Positions 29,930 to 39,729 are shown, numbered from the stretch's first letter. The stretch is 64,000 bases of DNA from an uncultured Pseudomonadota bacterium (GCA_963749075.1 CAVVLJ010000020.1:352001-416000), one strand, 5' to 3'. Program-made: numbers and translations. The notes: a model not told the origin generated them from the sequence alone.

Positions 29930-30048
29930 GGCAGCTCCTGGCTCCGGGCTCAGCTTGGGCTCCGCGGCTGAGCCAGCATAACAGGGTGACAGGTCGGGCG
30001 TCCTATAGCACAGTGCCGCAATTGGCGGCGGCTGCGGTCCACCCGAGC

Positions 30049-30315
30049 ATGACCCTGGCAAGGCGGGCTTTTCTTCTGGCACTCCTGGCGGCGCCGTCCT
30101 GGGCCCGCGGCGAGGAGCGCCCGCAAAGCATCGGCAGTGCGCACATGCTGCCCGACGGCACGATCGTCCTCCGCTTGCGCAGCCTGCCGCCGGGCCCCAT
30201 CGCCGAGGGCCGGTGGGAGGTCAAGCCGGGCGATGCGCAATATGAAGAGATCAAGCGTCACATCGGTGGCATAGCACCTGGGGAGTGGAAGCCCGTGCCG
30301 CCGTGGCCCGACTGA
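30049..30315 (+). CDS. small exported hypothetical protein
   Basis: MTLARRAFLLALLAA signal-like N-terminus. Globular remainder SIGSAHMLPDGTIVLRLR...KPVPPWPD. Confidence 0.6.
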   Translation: MTLARRAFLLALLAAPSWARGEERPQSIGSAHMLPDGTIVLRLRSLPPGPIAEGRWEVKPGDAQYEEIKRHIGGIAPGEWKPVPPWPD

Positions 30316-30348
30316 GCGGGCATGGCACGTCCGAGGGAGGCAGCCGAG

Positions 30349-30696
30349 ATGGCCGTCACGATCTACCACAACCCGCGCTGCGGCAAGTCGCGCGCCGCGC
30401 TCAAGCTCCTCGAGGGGCGCGGCCTCAAGCCCGTCGTCGTCGAATATCTCAAGACGCCGCCGAGCGCTGCCGAGCTCAAGCGCATCCTCAAGATGCTCGG
30501 GCTCACAGCACGCCAGCTCCTGCGCAGCAAGGAGAAGGAATACAAGGCGGCCGGGCTCGACGAGCCTGCGCTCCCCGAGGACAAGATCATCGCCGCCATG
30601 GTGAAGCATCCGATTCTGATCGAGCGCCCGATCGTGATCGCCGGCGACAAGGCCGCGCTCGGCCGCCCGCCCGAGGCGGTGCTGCGGATACTTTAG
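30349..30696 (+). CDS. arsC: arsenate reductase (glutaredoxin-dependent ArsC family)
   Basis: TIYHNPRCGKSR, EYLKTPP, HPILIERPIV, GRPPE. Confidence 0.9.
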   Translation: MAVTIYHNPRCGKSRAALKLLEGRGLKPVVVEYLKTPPSAAELKRILKMLGLTARQLLRSKEKEYKAAGLDEPALPEDKIIAAMVKHPILIERPIVIAGDKAALGRPPEAVLRIL

Positions 30697-31466
30697 TCCG
30701 AGGCCGGCGCGCGCGCGACGAGGGCCCAGACGCGGTGCGGCACCTCGAGCGGCTCGGCCGGGAAGTCGATGGCGAGCATGCTGGCATGGGCCGCATCGAA
30801 GCGCGCCACCGCGTCGGGCGGCAGGCTCGCGGCCACCCCGCCGCTCGCCCGGATGCGGCCGCGCCAGGCCGCATGGCTATAGGGGATGGCGATGTCGAAG
30901 GAGAAGGTCTCGAGGCCGACGAAGCCCGCCCGCCAGGCATCGCCGAGCCAGGCGGGATAGAGCCCGGTGCCGGCGGCGCGGTCCCAGGCTGGATTATGGG
31001 CGAGGATGAGCCGCTCGGTCGCCTCGACCGCATTGCCCGGCAGCGGCAGCCAGTCGAGCTGGGCGATGACCAAGGTGCCGCCCGGCACCAGGAGGCGCCG
31101 CGTCTCCTGAGCCGTCCGCCTGCGCTCGAACCAATGCCAGCACTGCCCGGCCGTCACCGCCTCGAAGCTCGCGGAGGGCAGGCCGGTCTCCTCGGCGCGG
31201 CCGAGGAGATACTCGACCTCGACCGCGGCCGCGCGGTCGAGCCGCTTGGCCTCCGCGATGAGCGCCGGCGCCGGATCGAGGGCGGTGACGCGGCAGCCGC
31301 GCCGCGCCAGGCCGCGCGCCACGGTGCCCGTGCCCGTGCCGAGGTCGAGCACGCGCTGGCCCGGCCGGCCGACGGCGAAGGCAGCGAGGCGCTCGAAGAA
31401 GGCCTCGGGGAAGCCGGCGCGGTGCCGGCCGTAATCCTTCGCGGTGCGTCCGAAATCGATCGTCAT
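30693..31466 (-). CDS. class I SAM-dependent methyltransferase
   Basis: DFGRTAKDYGRHR, VLDLGTGTG, AGQCWHWF. Confidence 0.87.
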   Translation of the reverse strand: MTIDFGRTAKDYGRHRAGFPEAFFERLAAFAVGRPGQRVLDLGTGTGTVARGLARRGCRVTALDPAPALIAEAKRLDRAAAVEVEYLLGRAEETGLPSASFEAVTAGQCWHWFERRRTAQETRRLLVPGGTLVIAQLDWLPLPGNAVEATERLILAHNPAWDRAAGTGLYPAWLGDAWRAGFVGLETFSFDIAIPYSHAAWRGRIRASGGVAASLPPDAVARFDAAHASMLAIDFPAEPLEVPHRVWALVARAPASD

Positions 31467-31619
31467 GGGCGTGACGGGCTTCATGGCGGCGACAATCGGG
31501 AGAGGTGTCGGTGCTCGTCAAGCAAATTGCGCAAGGCGGCGGTTGCCCGCGCGGCCGCCTGCGGTATCTTATGGCCGGGGCGGTGCGGTGGCCCCTGGTC
31601 CTCTTGAGGGAATGCGCTC

Positions 31620-32288
31620 ATGGGCGAGGACAAGCCCGTAATGCTCGCCGGGATCAAGGCGAAGCTTGTAGCACACAAGGAGAAGTGGGCGCGCGAGGGC
31701 CGCCTCCTGACCGGCAAGCGCGGCGATCCGGCGGCGGCCCGCCTGCCGCCCGGGCAGCGCGAGGTGAAGGACTGGCCGGTCCTCGATCTCGGCATCCAGC
31801 CCATGCTGCCGCCCGCGCGCTGGCGCCTCGCGGTCGACGGCCTGGTCGAGCATCCGCTGAGCTGGGAGTGGGACGATTTCCAGGCGCAGCCGCGCGTGCG
31901 CTCGACCTCCGACATCCATTGTGTCACCGCCTGGTCGCGCTACGACAACCGCTGGGAAGGGGTCTCGGCACGCCGCATTCTCGACCTGGTACGGCCCAAG
32001 CCCGAGGCCCGGCACGTGATCTTCCACAGCTTCGACGGCTATACGACCAACATCCCGCTTAGCGTCTTCGCGGGCGAGGACGTGATGCTCGCCGCGAGCT
32101 GGGAGGGCGAGCCGCTCACCCGCGAGCACGGCGGGCCGGTGCGCGCGCTGGTGCCCAGACTCTATTTCTGGAAGAGCGCCAAGTGGCTGAAGCGCATCGA
32201 GCTCAGCGCCGAGGACAAGCCCGGCTTCTGGGAGGTGCGCGGCTACCACAACGACGCCGACCCGTGGAAGGAGGAGCGCTACGGATGA
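31620..32288 (+). CDS. sulfite oxidase-like molybdopterin oxidoreductase
   Basis: RLPPGQ, DIHCVTAWS, HGGPVR, YFWKSAKW, GFWEVRGYH. Confidence 0.88.
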   Translation: MGEDKPVMLAGIKAKLVAHKEKWAREGRLLTGKRGDPAAARLPPGQREVKDWPVLDLGIQPMLPPARWRLAVDGLVEHPLSWEWDDFQAQPRVRSTSDIHCVTAWSRYDNRWEGVSARRILDLVRPKPEARHVIFHSFDGYTTNIPLSVFAGEDVMLAASWEGEPLTREHGGPVRALVPRLYFWKSAKWLKRIELSAEDKPGFWEVRGYHNDADPWKEERYG

Positions 32289-32782
32289 CCGCTTACGATT
32301 TCAGTTTCCGCTCGATCGACGGCACGCCGCTGCCGCTCGAGGCCTATCGCGGCAAGCCGGTGCTCGTGGTCAATACCGCCTCCGAGTGCGGCTTCACGCC
32401 GCAATATAAGGAGCTCGAGGCCCTCTGGCGGCGCTACCGCGCGCGCGGCCTCGTCGTCCTCGGCGTGCCGTCGAACGACTTCGGCGGCCAGGAGCCGGGC
32501 AGTGCCGCCGAGATCAAGAGCTTTTGCGAGCTCAATTACGCGGTCGACTTCCCGCTCGCCGGCAAGGAGAAGGTGATCGGCGCCGAGGCCCACCCGTTCT
32601 ACCGCTGGGTCGCGAGCGAGCTCGGCGAGGACGCGGCACCGCGCTGGAACTTCCACAAGTACCTCGTCGGCCCCTCGGGCGAGCTCGCCGGCATGTGGCC
32701 CTCGCGCGTGTCGCCCACGGCACCCGAGATCCTGCGCGAGGTCGAGGCGCTGTTGCCGGAAGCGGGAGCCGGGAAAGATTAA
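32285..32782 (+). CDS. glutathione peroxidase family protein
   Basis: VVNTASECGFTPQY, PSNDFGGQEPG, PRWNFHKYL. ATGA overlap. Confidence 0.92.
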   Translation: MTAYDFSFRSIDGTPLPLEAYRGKPVLVVNTASECGFTPQYKELEALWRRYRARGLVVLGVPSNDFGGQEPGSAAEIKSFCELNYAVDFPLAGKEKVIGAEAHPFYRWVASELGEDAAPRWNFHKYLVGPSGELAGMWPSRVSPTAPEILREVEALLPEAGAGKD

Positions 32783-32796
32783 AGATTGATGTGGCA

Positions 32797-32899
32797 TACC
32801 CCCCTCCCCAACCCTCCCCCTCAAGGGGGGAGGGGGCCCATTGTCGTCCACACTGGCATTTCCCTTCCCCCCTTGAGGGGGAGGGCAGGGAGGGGGGTA
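32797..32899. repeat. palindromic MITE/REP-like element, family A copy 3
   Basis: TACCCCCCTCCC...GGGAGGGGGGTA terminal inverted repeat with two internal TCAA/TTGA hairpins. Confidence 0.82.
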
Positions 32900-32917
32900 G
32901 CGCGCGCCGCAGTCGCC

Positions 32918-34030
32918 ATGAGCCGGGCGATGATTGCGCTGGCGCTTGCCGCAGCCGTCCCCGCCCGCGCCGCCGAGGTCGAGATCCCGGTCCTGGTGCC
33001 GCTCACCGGTGTCTTGGCGCTCGAAGGCACCAGCCAGAGGAACGGCGCTCTCCTCGCCTTCGCCCATCCGCCGCACGGCGTTCAGGTCAAGGGCGAGGTC
33101 TCCGACACCGGCAGTGCGCCCGAGGTGGCGGTCAATGCGCTCGAGCGCGCGGCGTTGGACGGCCATCCAATCGCCGTCGTCGCTTCCATGTTCGGGCCGC
33201 AGATCCTCGCCATGCTGCCGCTCGCCGCGCGCTACAAGCTGCCGCTCATCACCATCTCGGGCACGGCCAAGGTCACCGAGCTCGGCAATCCGTACGTCTT
33301 CCGCTTCTTCCCCGCCGACACTCTCGTCAAGCGGGCGCAGGCGCGTTTTGCCGTCGAGCGCCTGGGGAAGCGCCGGCCGGCACTCCTCTACCAGACGACC
33401 GCCTACGGCCAGAGCGGCGAGGCGGTGCTGGTGCCGGCCTTCAAGAAGCTCGGCGCACCGCTCGTCTTCGAGGACGCGCTCGATCTCTCGGTCAAGGATT
33501 TCCTGCCGATCCTCGAGCGGGTGAAGGCGGCCAAGCCGGACGTGCTCATCCTCCAGCTCCACGCCAGCTCGACGGCCCTCGTCGTGAAGCAGGCGGCGGC
33601 GATGGCGCTCGGCCTGCCCATCGTCGCCGGCTCGGCCATGCACCAGCCCTCGACCGCGGCCCTCCTCGATCCCGCCGACCTCAAGGGCGTGTGCGCCGAG
33701 ACGAGCGCTTCTCCCATCTCGGCCGAGACGCCGGAGATCGCGGCATGGCTCGCCGCCTACCGCGCGATGTTCCACGGCGATCCCGACGCCTACGCGCTCG
33801 CCCAATACGACGGCGTCGAGATGGTCGAGCGCGCGGTCGCCGAGGGCGCTGCGACGCCCGAGGCGGTGCGCGCCTATCTCGCCGGGAAGAGCTACAAGGG
33901 GCTCGCCATGACCTATAAATCCGACGGCAAGGGCAACATGGCGCATGCGGCCGAGATCGTCTGTTACGACGGCAAGACGCGGACGCCGGCCATAGCCGCC
34001 CATTACGAGAACCTCGACGCGGCGCCTTAG
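32918..34030 (+). CDS. branched-chain amino acid-type ABC substrate-binding protein
   Basis: Signal peptide, LVPLTG, GNPYVFRF, AYGQSG, YDGV (LivK-like fold). Confidence 0.85.
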   Translation: MSRAMIALALAAAVPARAAEVEIPVLVPLTGVLALEGTSQRNGALLAFAHPPHGVQVKGEVSDTGSAPEVAVNALERAALDGHPIAVVASMFGPQILAMLPLAARYKLPLITISGTAKVTELGNPYVFRFFPADTLVKRAQARFAVERLGKRRPALLYQTTAYGQSGEAVLVPAFKKLGAPLVFEDALDLSVKDFLPILERVKAAKPDVLILQLHASSTALVVKQAAAMALGLPIVAGSAMHQPSTAALLDPADLKGVCAETSASPISAETPEIAAWLAAYRAMFHGDPDAYALAQYDGVEMVERAVAEGAATPEAVRAYLAGKSYKGLAMTYKSDGKGNMAHAAEIVCYDGKTRTPAIAAHYENLDAAP

Positions 34031-34053
34031 GCGGCGGCCGGGCGGGCACCCCC

Positions 34054-34926
34054 TTGCAATTCCTCCAGCTCGTCTTGGACGGCGTCGCCCTCGGGGCCGC
34101 CTATGCGCTCGTGGCCTTGGGCTTCGTGCTCGTGCTCAACGCCACGGGTGCGGTCAACTTCGCGACCGGCGACATGGTGATGGCGGGCGGCTTCGTGGCG
34201 GTGGCGCTCGCGGGCGTGCTGCCGGTCCCGGGCATCCTCCTCCTGCCGCTCGTCCTCCTCCTCATGGCGCCGCTCGGGCTCGCGGCGGCAGTGCTCGCCT
34301 ATTTCCCGCTCATGCGCCGGCCGCCTACCGCGGTCTTCATCAGCACGCTGGCGCTCGGCGTCATCCTGCAGAATACGGCGAATGCGATCTTCGGTGCTGC
34401 ACCGCAGAAGGCGCCGGCGCTTTTGGGCGAGCGCGTCTTCCATTGGGGCGCCTTGGCGCTCGGCGAGCAGTCGCTCGCCATCATCGCGACGGCGGCCGTC
34501 CTCGTCTTGGGCCAGCATCTCCTCTTCGCGCGCACTCAGCTCGGCCGCGCGCTGCGCGCGACGGCAGAGGACCGCGAGATCGCCGAGGCGCTCGGCATCC
34601 GCACGAGGCGCATGATCGCCCTCACCTTCGCTCTTGCCTCAGCACTCGCCGGTGCCGCCGGGCTCCTCCTCGCCAACCGCTATTTCGTCGAGCCCGCGCG
34701 CGGCAACGAGCTCATGCTGAGCGCCTATATCGCCGTCGTCATCGGCGGCTGGGGCAGCTTGCCGGGGGCGGTCACCGCGGCCCTCCTCATCGCCCTCTTC
34801 CAGGTCATCGTCTCGGCCTACGTCTCCTATACGGCAGCGGCAGCCCTCCTCTATGGCGTCCTCCTCGCCGTGCTCTTCTTGCGGCCCAAGGGCCTCTTCG
34901 GCGAGGCCGCGGGGCGGCGCGCCTGA
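34054..34926 (+). CDS. branched-chain amino acid ABC permease (LivH-like)
   Basis: GAAYALVALGF, VNFATG, TQLGRALRA, VIGGWGS. Confidence 0.88.
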   Translation: MQFLQLVLDGVALGAAYALVALGFVLVLNATGAVNFATGDMVMAGGFVAVALAGVLPVPGILLLPLVLLLMAPLGLAAAVLAYFPLMRRPPTAVFISTLALGVILQNTANAIFGAAPQKAPALLGERVFHWGALALGEQSLAIIATAAVLVLGQHLLFARTQLGRALRATAEDREIAEALGIRTRRMIALTFALASALAGAAGLLLANRYFVEPARGNELMLSAYIAVVIGGWGSLPGAVTAALLIALFQVIVSAYVSYTAAAALLYGVLLAVLFLRPKGLFGEAAGRRA

Positions 34927-36716
34927 TGCCCGCAGCGCTCGCCAAGGGCATCCGGCTGCCGCTCCTCGCCGCGGCCCTCGCCCTGGCGATCTATCCCGCA
35001 CTTCTCGCCAACGCCTACGGCTTGCGCGTGCTGACGCTCGCCGGCATCTATGCGCTCCTCGTCATCGGCTACCAGTTCGTCTTCGGCCACGCCGGCGCCT
35101 TCTCGCTGGCGCAAGGCGCCTTCTTCGGCCTCGGCGCCTATGTGAGCGGCATCCTGGCGAGCGACCTCGGCTGGAGCTTTCCGCTCGCCTTCCCGCTCGC
35201 CGTGGCGGCACCCGCACTTCTCGCGGCCTGCGTCGCGGTGCCGGTGTTGCGGCTCGAGAGCCATTATTTCGCGCTCGCCACCTTGGGCCTCGCCCAGGTC
35301 GTGCTGCTGGCAGCGCTCGATTGGCAGGGTCTCACCGGAGGGGCGAACGGCATCGCGGCGATCCCCGCCATCGCCGCCTTCGGCGTGGCCGTGCCGGACG
35401 GCTGGCCGCTCCTCCTCCTCGTCTGGGCCTTCGTTGCGTTGGGCGGACTGCTCGCCTGGCAGCTCATGCGCGGCCTCTACGGCAGCAGCTTCCGCGTCAT
35501 GCGCGAGAGCACGAGCGCCGCGGCCTGCCTCGGCATCGACGCAGCGCGGCTGCGCTTCGCGGCTTTCCTCCTCTCGGCTGCTTACGCGGGCGCTGCCGGC
35601 GCCCTCTACGCCCATGCGATTGGCGTGATCTCGCCGAGCGTGCTCGAGTTTCCCGTCATGGTCGCCTGCCTCGCCATGGCGGTGGTGGGCGGCGCCACCC
35701 GCGTCGCGGGCGCCATCCTCGGTGCCGTGCTGCTCGTCCACCTGCCCGAGTGGTTCCGCCCCCTCGAGGGCTATTATCTCATCGCTTACGGTGCCGCACT
35801 CCTCGCCGTCATCACGGCAGCCCCCTCCGGGCTCGTGGGCGCCGCCGAGCGCCTGCGCGCCCGCCTCATGCCCGAGCCGCCGCCCGCGTGCCCGGCGCCC
35901 GCGACGACGGCTCTCCGCCCGCGCGAGGCGGCATCCGGCGCGCCCCTCCTCGAGCTCGAGCGCCTGGGCATCGCCTTCGGCGGCGTGCGGGCGCTCGGCG
36001 GCGTGAGCCTCGCCATCCGCGAGGGCGAGCTCGTGGGCCTCATCGGGCCGAACGGCTCGGGCAAGACCACGCTCGTCAACCTGGTGACCGGGCTCTACCG
36101 TCCGCGCGAGGGGCGCATCCGCTTTGCCGGCCGCGACGTCACGGGAGCGCCGGCGCACCGCTTGGCGCAGCTCGGCATCGCGCGCAGCTTCCAGAGCGTC
36201 GAGCTGGTGCCGCAGATGACGGCGCTCGACAATGTGGCCCTCGGCCGTGCTGCGCTCGAGGGCGCCGGCCTTCGCTCGGCATTCCTCGCGGGACGGCTCG
36301 ATCGGCAGCTCGCGCGCGCGCGCGCCCATGCCATGGCGCTCCTCTACGAGCTCGGCATCGCCGCCCACGCCGGCCGTGCCGCGGGCGAGCTGCCGCACGG
36401 CACCCGGCGCCTCGTCGAGATCGCGCGCGCCCTCGCCCTCGAGCCGCGGCTTCTCATCCTCGACGAGCCGGCGGCGGGCTTGGGCGAGGCTGCGGCGGCA
36501 GCACTCGGCGAGCGGCTCGAGCGTCTGATGCTGGGCGGCACAGCACTCCTCGTCGTCGAGCACGACATGCCGTTCCTCTTGGCCTTGGCGCGGCGCGTGA
36601 TCTGCCTGGCCGATGGCCGCGTCATCGCCGAGGGCACCCCCGCCGAGATGCGCGAGCATCCGCGCGTGATCGAAGCCTATCTCGGGCGCAGCGCCGAGCC
36701 GGGAGGGCTGCCGTGA
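34926..36716 (+). CDS. fused LivM-like permease / LivG-like ATP-binding protein
   Basis: GAFSLAQGAFFGLGAY and YFALATL, followed by GPNGSGKTT, ILDEPAAG, VEHDM, VIEAYLG. Confidence 0.88.
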   Translation: MPAALAKGIRLPLLAAALALAIYPALLANAYGLRVLTLAGIYALLVIGYQFVFGHAGAFSLAQGAFFGLGAYVSGILASDLGWSFPLAFPLAVAAPALLAACVAVPVLRLESHYFALATLGLAQVVLLAALDWQGLTGGANGIAAIPAIAAFGVAVPDGWPLLLLVWAFVALGGLLAWQLMRGLYGSSFRVMRESTSAAACLGIDAARLRFAAFLLSAAYAGAAGALYAHAIGVISPSVLEFPVMVACLAMAVVGGATRVAGAILGAVLLVHLPEWFRPLEGYYLIAYGAALLAVITAAPSGLVGAAERLRARLMPEPPPACPAPATTALRPREAASGAPLLELERLGIAFGGVRALGGVSLAIREGELVGLIGPNGSGKTTLVNLVTGLYRPREGRIRFAGRDVTGAPAHRLAQLGIARSFQSVELVPQMTALDNVALGRAALEGAGLRSAFLAGRLDRQLARARAHAMALLYELGIAAHAGRAAGELPHGTRRLVEIARALALEPRLLILDEPAAGLGEAAAAALGERLERLMLGGTALLVVEHDMPFLLALARRVICLADGRVIAEGTPAEMREHPRVIEAYLGRSAEPGGLP

Positions 36717-37423
36717 GCGAGCCGCTCCTCGACATCAGAGGCCTCTCGGTGTCCTACGGCGGCAGCACGGCGCTCGAGGGCGTCTCGCTCGCGCTCGAGG
36801 CCGGCGAGGCGGTGGCCCTCCTCGGCGCCAACGGCGCCGGCAAATCGACGCTCATCAAGGCGGTGATGGGCCTCGTGCCGCACGCGGCCGCGCGCTTGAG
36901 CTTCGCCGGCGCCGACCTCCGCCGCCTCGCCACAGCCGAGCGCGCGCGGCTCGGGCTCGGCTATTGCCCCGAGGGCCGCCGCGTCTTTCCCGGCCTCAGC
37001 GTGCGCGACAATCTCGAGGTCGCGGCGCGCGCCGGACGTGCGGCGAGGCGGCGGCGGCTCGAGTCCGTGCTGACGCTCTTCCCCGCACTTGCGGAGCGGT
37101 GCCATGCGCGCGCCTGGCAGCTCTCCGGTGGGCAGCAGCAGATGCTGGCGCTCGGCCGCGCGCTCATGTCGGCACCGCGCCTCCTCCTTCTCGACGAGCC
37201 CACGCTCGGCCTCTCGCCCATCCTGGCGGACGAGGTCCTCGAGAGCGTGCGCGCGATTCAGCGCGCGGGCACCGCGGTGCTGCTCGCCGAGGAGAACGCG
37301 CGGAAAGCGCTCGCGGTGGCCGAGCGCGGCTATCTCCTCGAGCTCGGCCGCGTGGTGCGCGCGGGCTCTGCTGCGGCGCTTGCCGAAAGTGGCGCCGCGA
37401 AGCAGGCCTTCCTCGGAGGCTAG
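36713..37423 (+). CDS. ABC transporter ATP-binding protein (LivF-like)
   Basis: GANGAGKST, PEGRRVF, LSGGQQQML, LLDEPTLGL. GTGA overlap. Confidence 0.9.
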   Translation: MSEPLLDIRGLSVSYGGSTALEGVSLALEAGEAVALLGANGAGKSTLIKAVMGLVPHAAARLSFAGADLRRLATAERARLGLGYCPEGRRVFPGLSVRDNLEVAARAGRAARRRRLESVLTLFPALAERCHARAWQLSGGQQQMLALGRALMSAPRLLLLDEPTLGLSPILADEVLESVRAIQRAGTAVLLAEENARKALAVAERGYLLELGRVVRAGSAAALAESGAAKQAFLGG

Positions 37424-37496
37424 CGCGCGAACGGCTGCCTGTGTGACGATGAGGCGCCATGCAGCGAAAAGACGCTCGAACGAAGGAGGCCAAGCC

Positions 37497-37883
37497 GTGC
37501 TCAAGCATCTCAACCCCGCGACCATCGCCAAGCCCGCCGGGCGCTACAGCCAGGCGGTCGAGGTGCCGGCGGGCGCGCGCCTGCTCTATATATCCGGACA
37601 GGTCGGGGTGACGCCCGACGGCACCATGCTCGAGGGCTTCGAGGCGCAGGCGGGCCAGGCCTGGCGCAATCTCCTCGGCGTGCTCGAGGCGGCGGGCATG
37701 GGCCCGGGCGATCTCGTGCGCCTCAACTACTACCTGACCGATGCGGCGAACGTGGCGGCGTTGCGCGCCGTGCGCGACCGCTTCCTCAAGGACCCGCCGC
37801 CGGCGGCCACGCTCGTCATGATCACGGCGCTCGCCTCGCCGGCCTGGCTCGTCGAGATCGAGGCGGTCGCCGCCAAGGCGTAG
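37497..37883 (+). CDS. RidA/YjgF family protein
   Basis: AAGGAGG RBS before GTG. YSQAV, LYISGQV, LVEIEAVA. Confidence 0.9.
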   Translation: MLKHLNPATIAKPAGRYSQAVEVPAGARLLYISGQVGVTPDGTMLEGFEAQAGQAWRNLLGVLEAAGMGPGDLVRLNYYLTDAANVAALRAVRDRFLKDPPPAATLVMITALASPAWLVEIEAVAAKA

Positions 37884-37895
37884 CGGGTGCGTCGG

Positions 37896-39125
37896 TTATT
37901 CCACCGCCTTGAGGTGCGGTCGCTTGGCAGCCGCCGCCTCGCGCAGGTGGCCGTCGCGCGTCTGCGGCAGCTTGCGGCCCAGGATGCGCGCCGCCACCAC
38001 GGTGCGCAGGATCTGCGCGGTGCCGCCGCCGATCGTGAACATGCGCGCGTCGCGCACCATGCGCTCGAGCGGGCGGTTGCGCGAGTAGCCGGCAGCGCCG
38101 TGGATCTGGAGGGCGTCGTTGGTCACCTGGATTGCGGTCTCGGAGGCGAGCAGCTTGGCCTGCGCCGCCTCGAGCGGGTCGGGGAAGCCGGCGCCGGCAT
38201 TGGCCGCCGCCTTGTAGACGAGGGCCTCGGCGGCGGCCAGGCGCACCGACATGTCGGCGAGCATCCACTGCAGGCCCTGGAACTCGGCGATCGGGCGGCC
38301 GAACTGCTCGCGCTCCTGGCTATAGGCAAGTGCCGCCTCGTAGCTGCCCTGTGCGATGCCGAGGGCGACTGCCGCAGCGCCCACGCGCTGGCCGTTATAG
38401 GCGTTCATGAGATCGCCGAAGCCCTTGCGGAAGCCGCCGGGCGAGGGCAACGCGCGCTCGAGCGGCAGCTCGAGGTCGCGAAAGAGGATCTCCGTCTCCG
38501 GAATGCCGCGCAGGCCCATGGCCGGCTCGCGCTTGCCGATGACGAGGCCGGGATGCTCGCCGCGCACCGCGATGAAGCCGCCGATGCCCTGCTCGGCACC
38601 GCGCTCGTCGAAGACGCGCGCGAAGATGAGATGGAGCTTGGAGACGCCGCCGCCGGTGATCCAATGCTTCTTGCCGTTGAGCACGTAGCGCCCTTGGCGC
38701 TTATCGGCGCGCGTCGTCATCTCGCTCGCGGCACTGCCGGCCTCGGGCTCGGTGATGCAGATGGCGGGCTTGTCGCCCGCGAGCACGAGCTCCGCCGCGA
38801 GCCGCTTCTGCGCCTCGCTGCCGTAGGCCATGATGGCGCCGATGGCGCCCATGTTGGCCTCGACCACGATGCGCGCGGTAACGCCGCAGCGCTTGGCCAT
38901 CGCCTGGACGACGAGAACCGCGTCGAGATAGCCGAGCCCGGCGCCGCCATAGGCTTGGGGGATGGTCATGCCGAAAAAGCCGGCCGCCTTGAGCGCCGCC
39001 ACATTGTCCCAGGGATAGGCCTCGCTGCGGTCGACCTCGGCGGCGCGCGCGGCGATCTCGCCGTCGGCCAGCGCCGCGGCGCGGGCCTTGAGCGACAGCT
39101 GGTCCGCGCCGAGCCGGAAATCCAT
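37896..39125 (-). CDS. acdA: 3-sulfinopropanoyl-CoA desulfinase (acyl-CoA dehydrogenase family)
   Basis: ACAD fold with subfamily-type segments YPWDNV, ARIVVEAN, GDKPAICITEP, WITGGGVSKLHLIFARV, AYNGQRVGA, KLPQTRDG (recalled similarity to the Advenella enzyme). Confidence 0.78.
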   Translation of the reverse strand: MDFRLGADQLSLKARAAALADGEIAARAAEVDRSEAYPWDNVAALKAAGFFGMTIPQAYGGAGLGYLDAVLVVQAMAKRCGVTARIVVEANMGAIGAIMAYGSEAQKRLAAELVLAGDKPAICITEPEAGSAASEMTTRADKRQGRYVLNGKKHWITGGGVSKLHLIFARVFDERGAEQGIGGFIAVRGEHPGLVIGKREPAMGLRGIPETEILFRDLELPLERALPSPGGFRKGFGDLMNAYNGQRVGAAAVALGIAQGSYEAALAYSQEREQFGRPIAEFQGLQWMLADMSVRLAAAEALVYKAAANAGAGFPDPLEAAQAKLLASETAIQVTNDALQIHGAAGYSRNRPLERMVRDARMFTIGGGTAQILRTVVAARILGRKLPQTRDGHLREAAAAKRPHLKAVE

Positions 39126-39213
39126 GGCAGCCGTCCTTACCTGGCCGTGTCCGGCGAGTATGGGCGCGCCTTCCTCGCGAGACAAGCAGCACCGCCCCGA
39201 GCGGCGCCCGCGT

Positions 39214-39729
39214 CTAGTAGGAGCCGGTCTGGGCCATGGCGCCGGGCGCCTCGGGATAGATGAAGCCGTAGACCGCGTAGACCTTGTTGCCGAAGTCGTT
39301 GAGCGGCCCGTACCACACGCGCACCTGGCTCCAGTCGTTGTCGGGCGATTCGTCGATCACCTCCACGTCCTCCTCGACGCGGCCCCTGCGGCCGGCGATG
39401 CGCGACCAGTTGGCGTGGTCGACCTTGATGGTGCGCGCGTCGACCATCTCGGTCACCACCGCCACGTGGCCGGCGGGCATGCCGCGGCTGCGCTTGAAGA
39501 CGAGGGCGGCACCCACCGCTGGCCGGCTGCCGCGCCCGTAGCGACCGTCGGCTTCGTGCCACCAGGTCCAGGCGGCGCCATAGAGGTCGAGGCCCGAGAT
39601 GTCCCGGGCATAGGGCGCGCATTGAACGGCCCAGCTGGGCGAGGAGATGAGACCGGAGATAAGGCCGAAGACAGGGAATGTCGCAACGATGCCAATAGCG
39701 ATCAGCTTGGCGAGCTTTCGCTCCCTCAT
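39214..39729 (-). CDS. CHAP-domain protein (peptidoglycan hydrolase)
   Basis: N-terminal hydrophobic segment, QCAPYAR catalytic Cys, GHVAVV, VDHANW, SPDNDWSQVRVW. Confidence 0.88.
   Translation of the reverse strand: MRERKLAKLIAIGIVATFPVFGLISGLISSPSWAVQCAPYARDISGLDLYGAAWTWWHEADGRYGRGSRPAVGAALVFKRSRGMPAGHVAVVTEMVDARTIKVDHANWSRIAGRRGRVEEDVEVIDESPDNDWSQVRVWYGPLNDFGNKVYAVYGFIYPEAPGAMAQTGSY

Noticed and set aside
30349-30696. Arsenic resistance operon
   Set aside because: arsC stands alone, without arsR, arsB or acr3.
32786-32917. N-terminal extension of the binding protein (and similar extensions at 15160-15252 and 9168-9287)
   Set aside because: These are read-through of palindromic elements or promoter DNA. 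Better starts lie downstream.
34926-36716. LivM-LivG fusion as a novelty
   Set aside because: Such permease/ATPase fusions are common.
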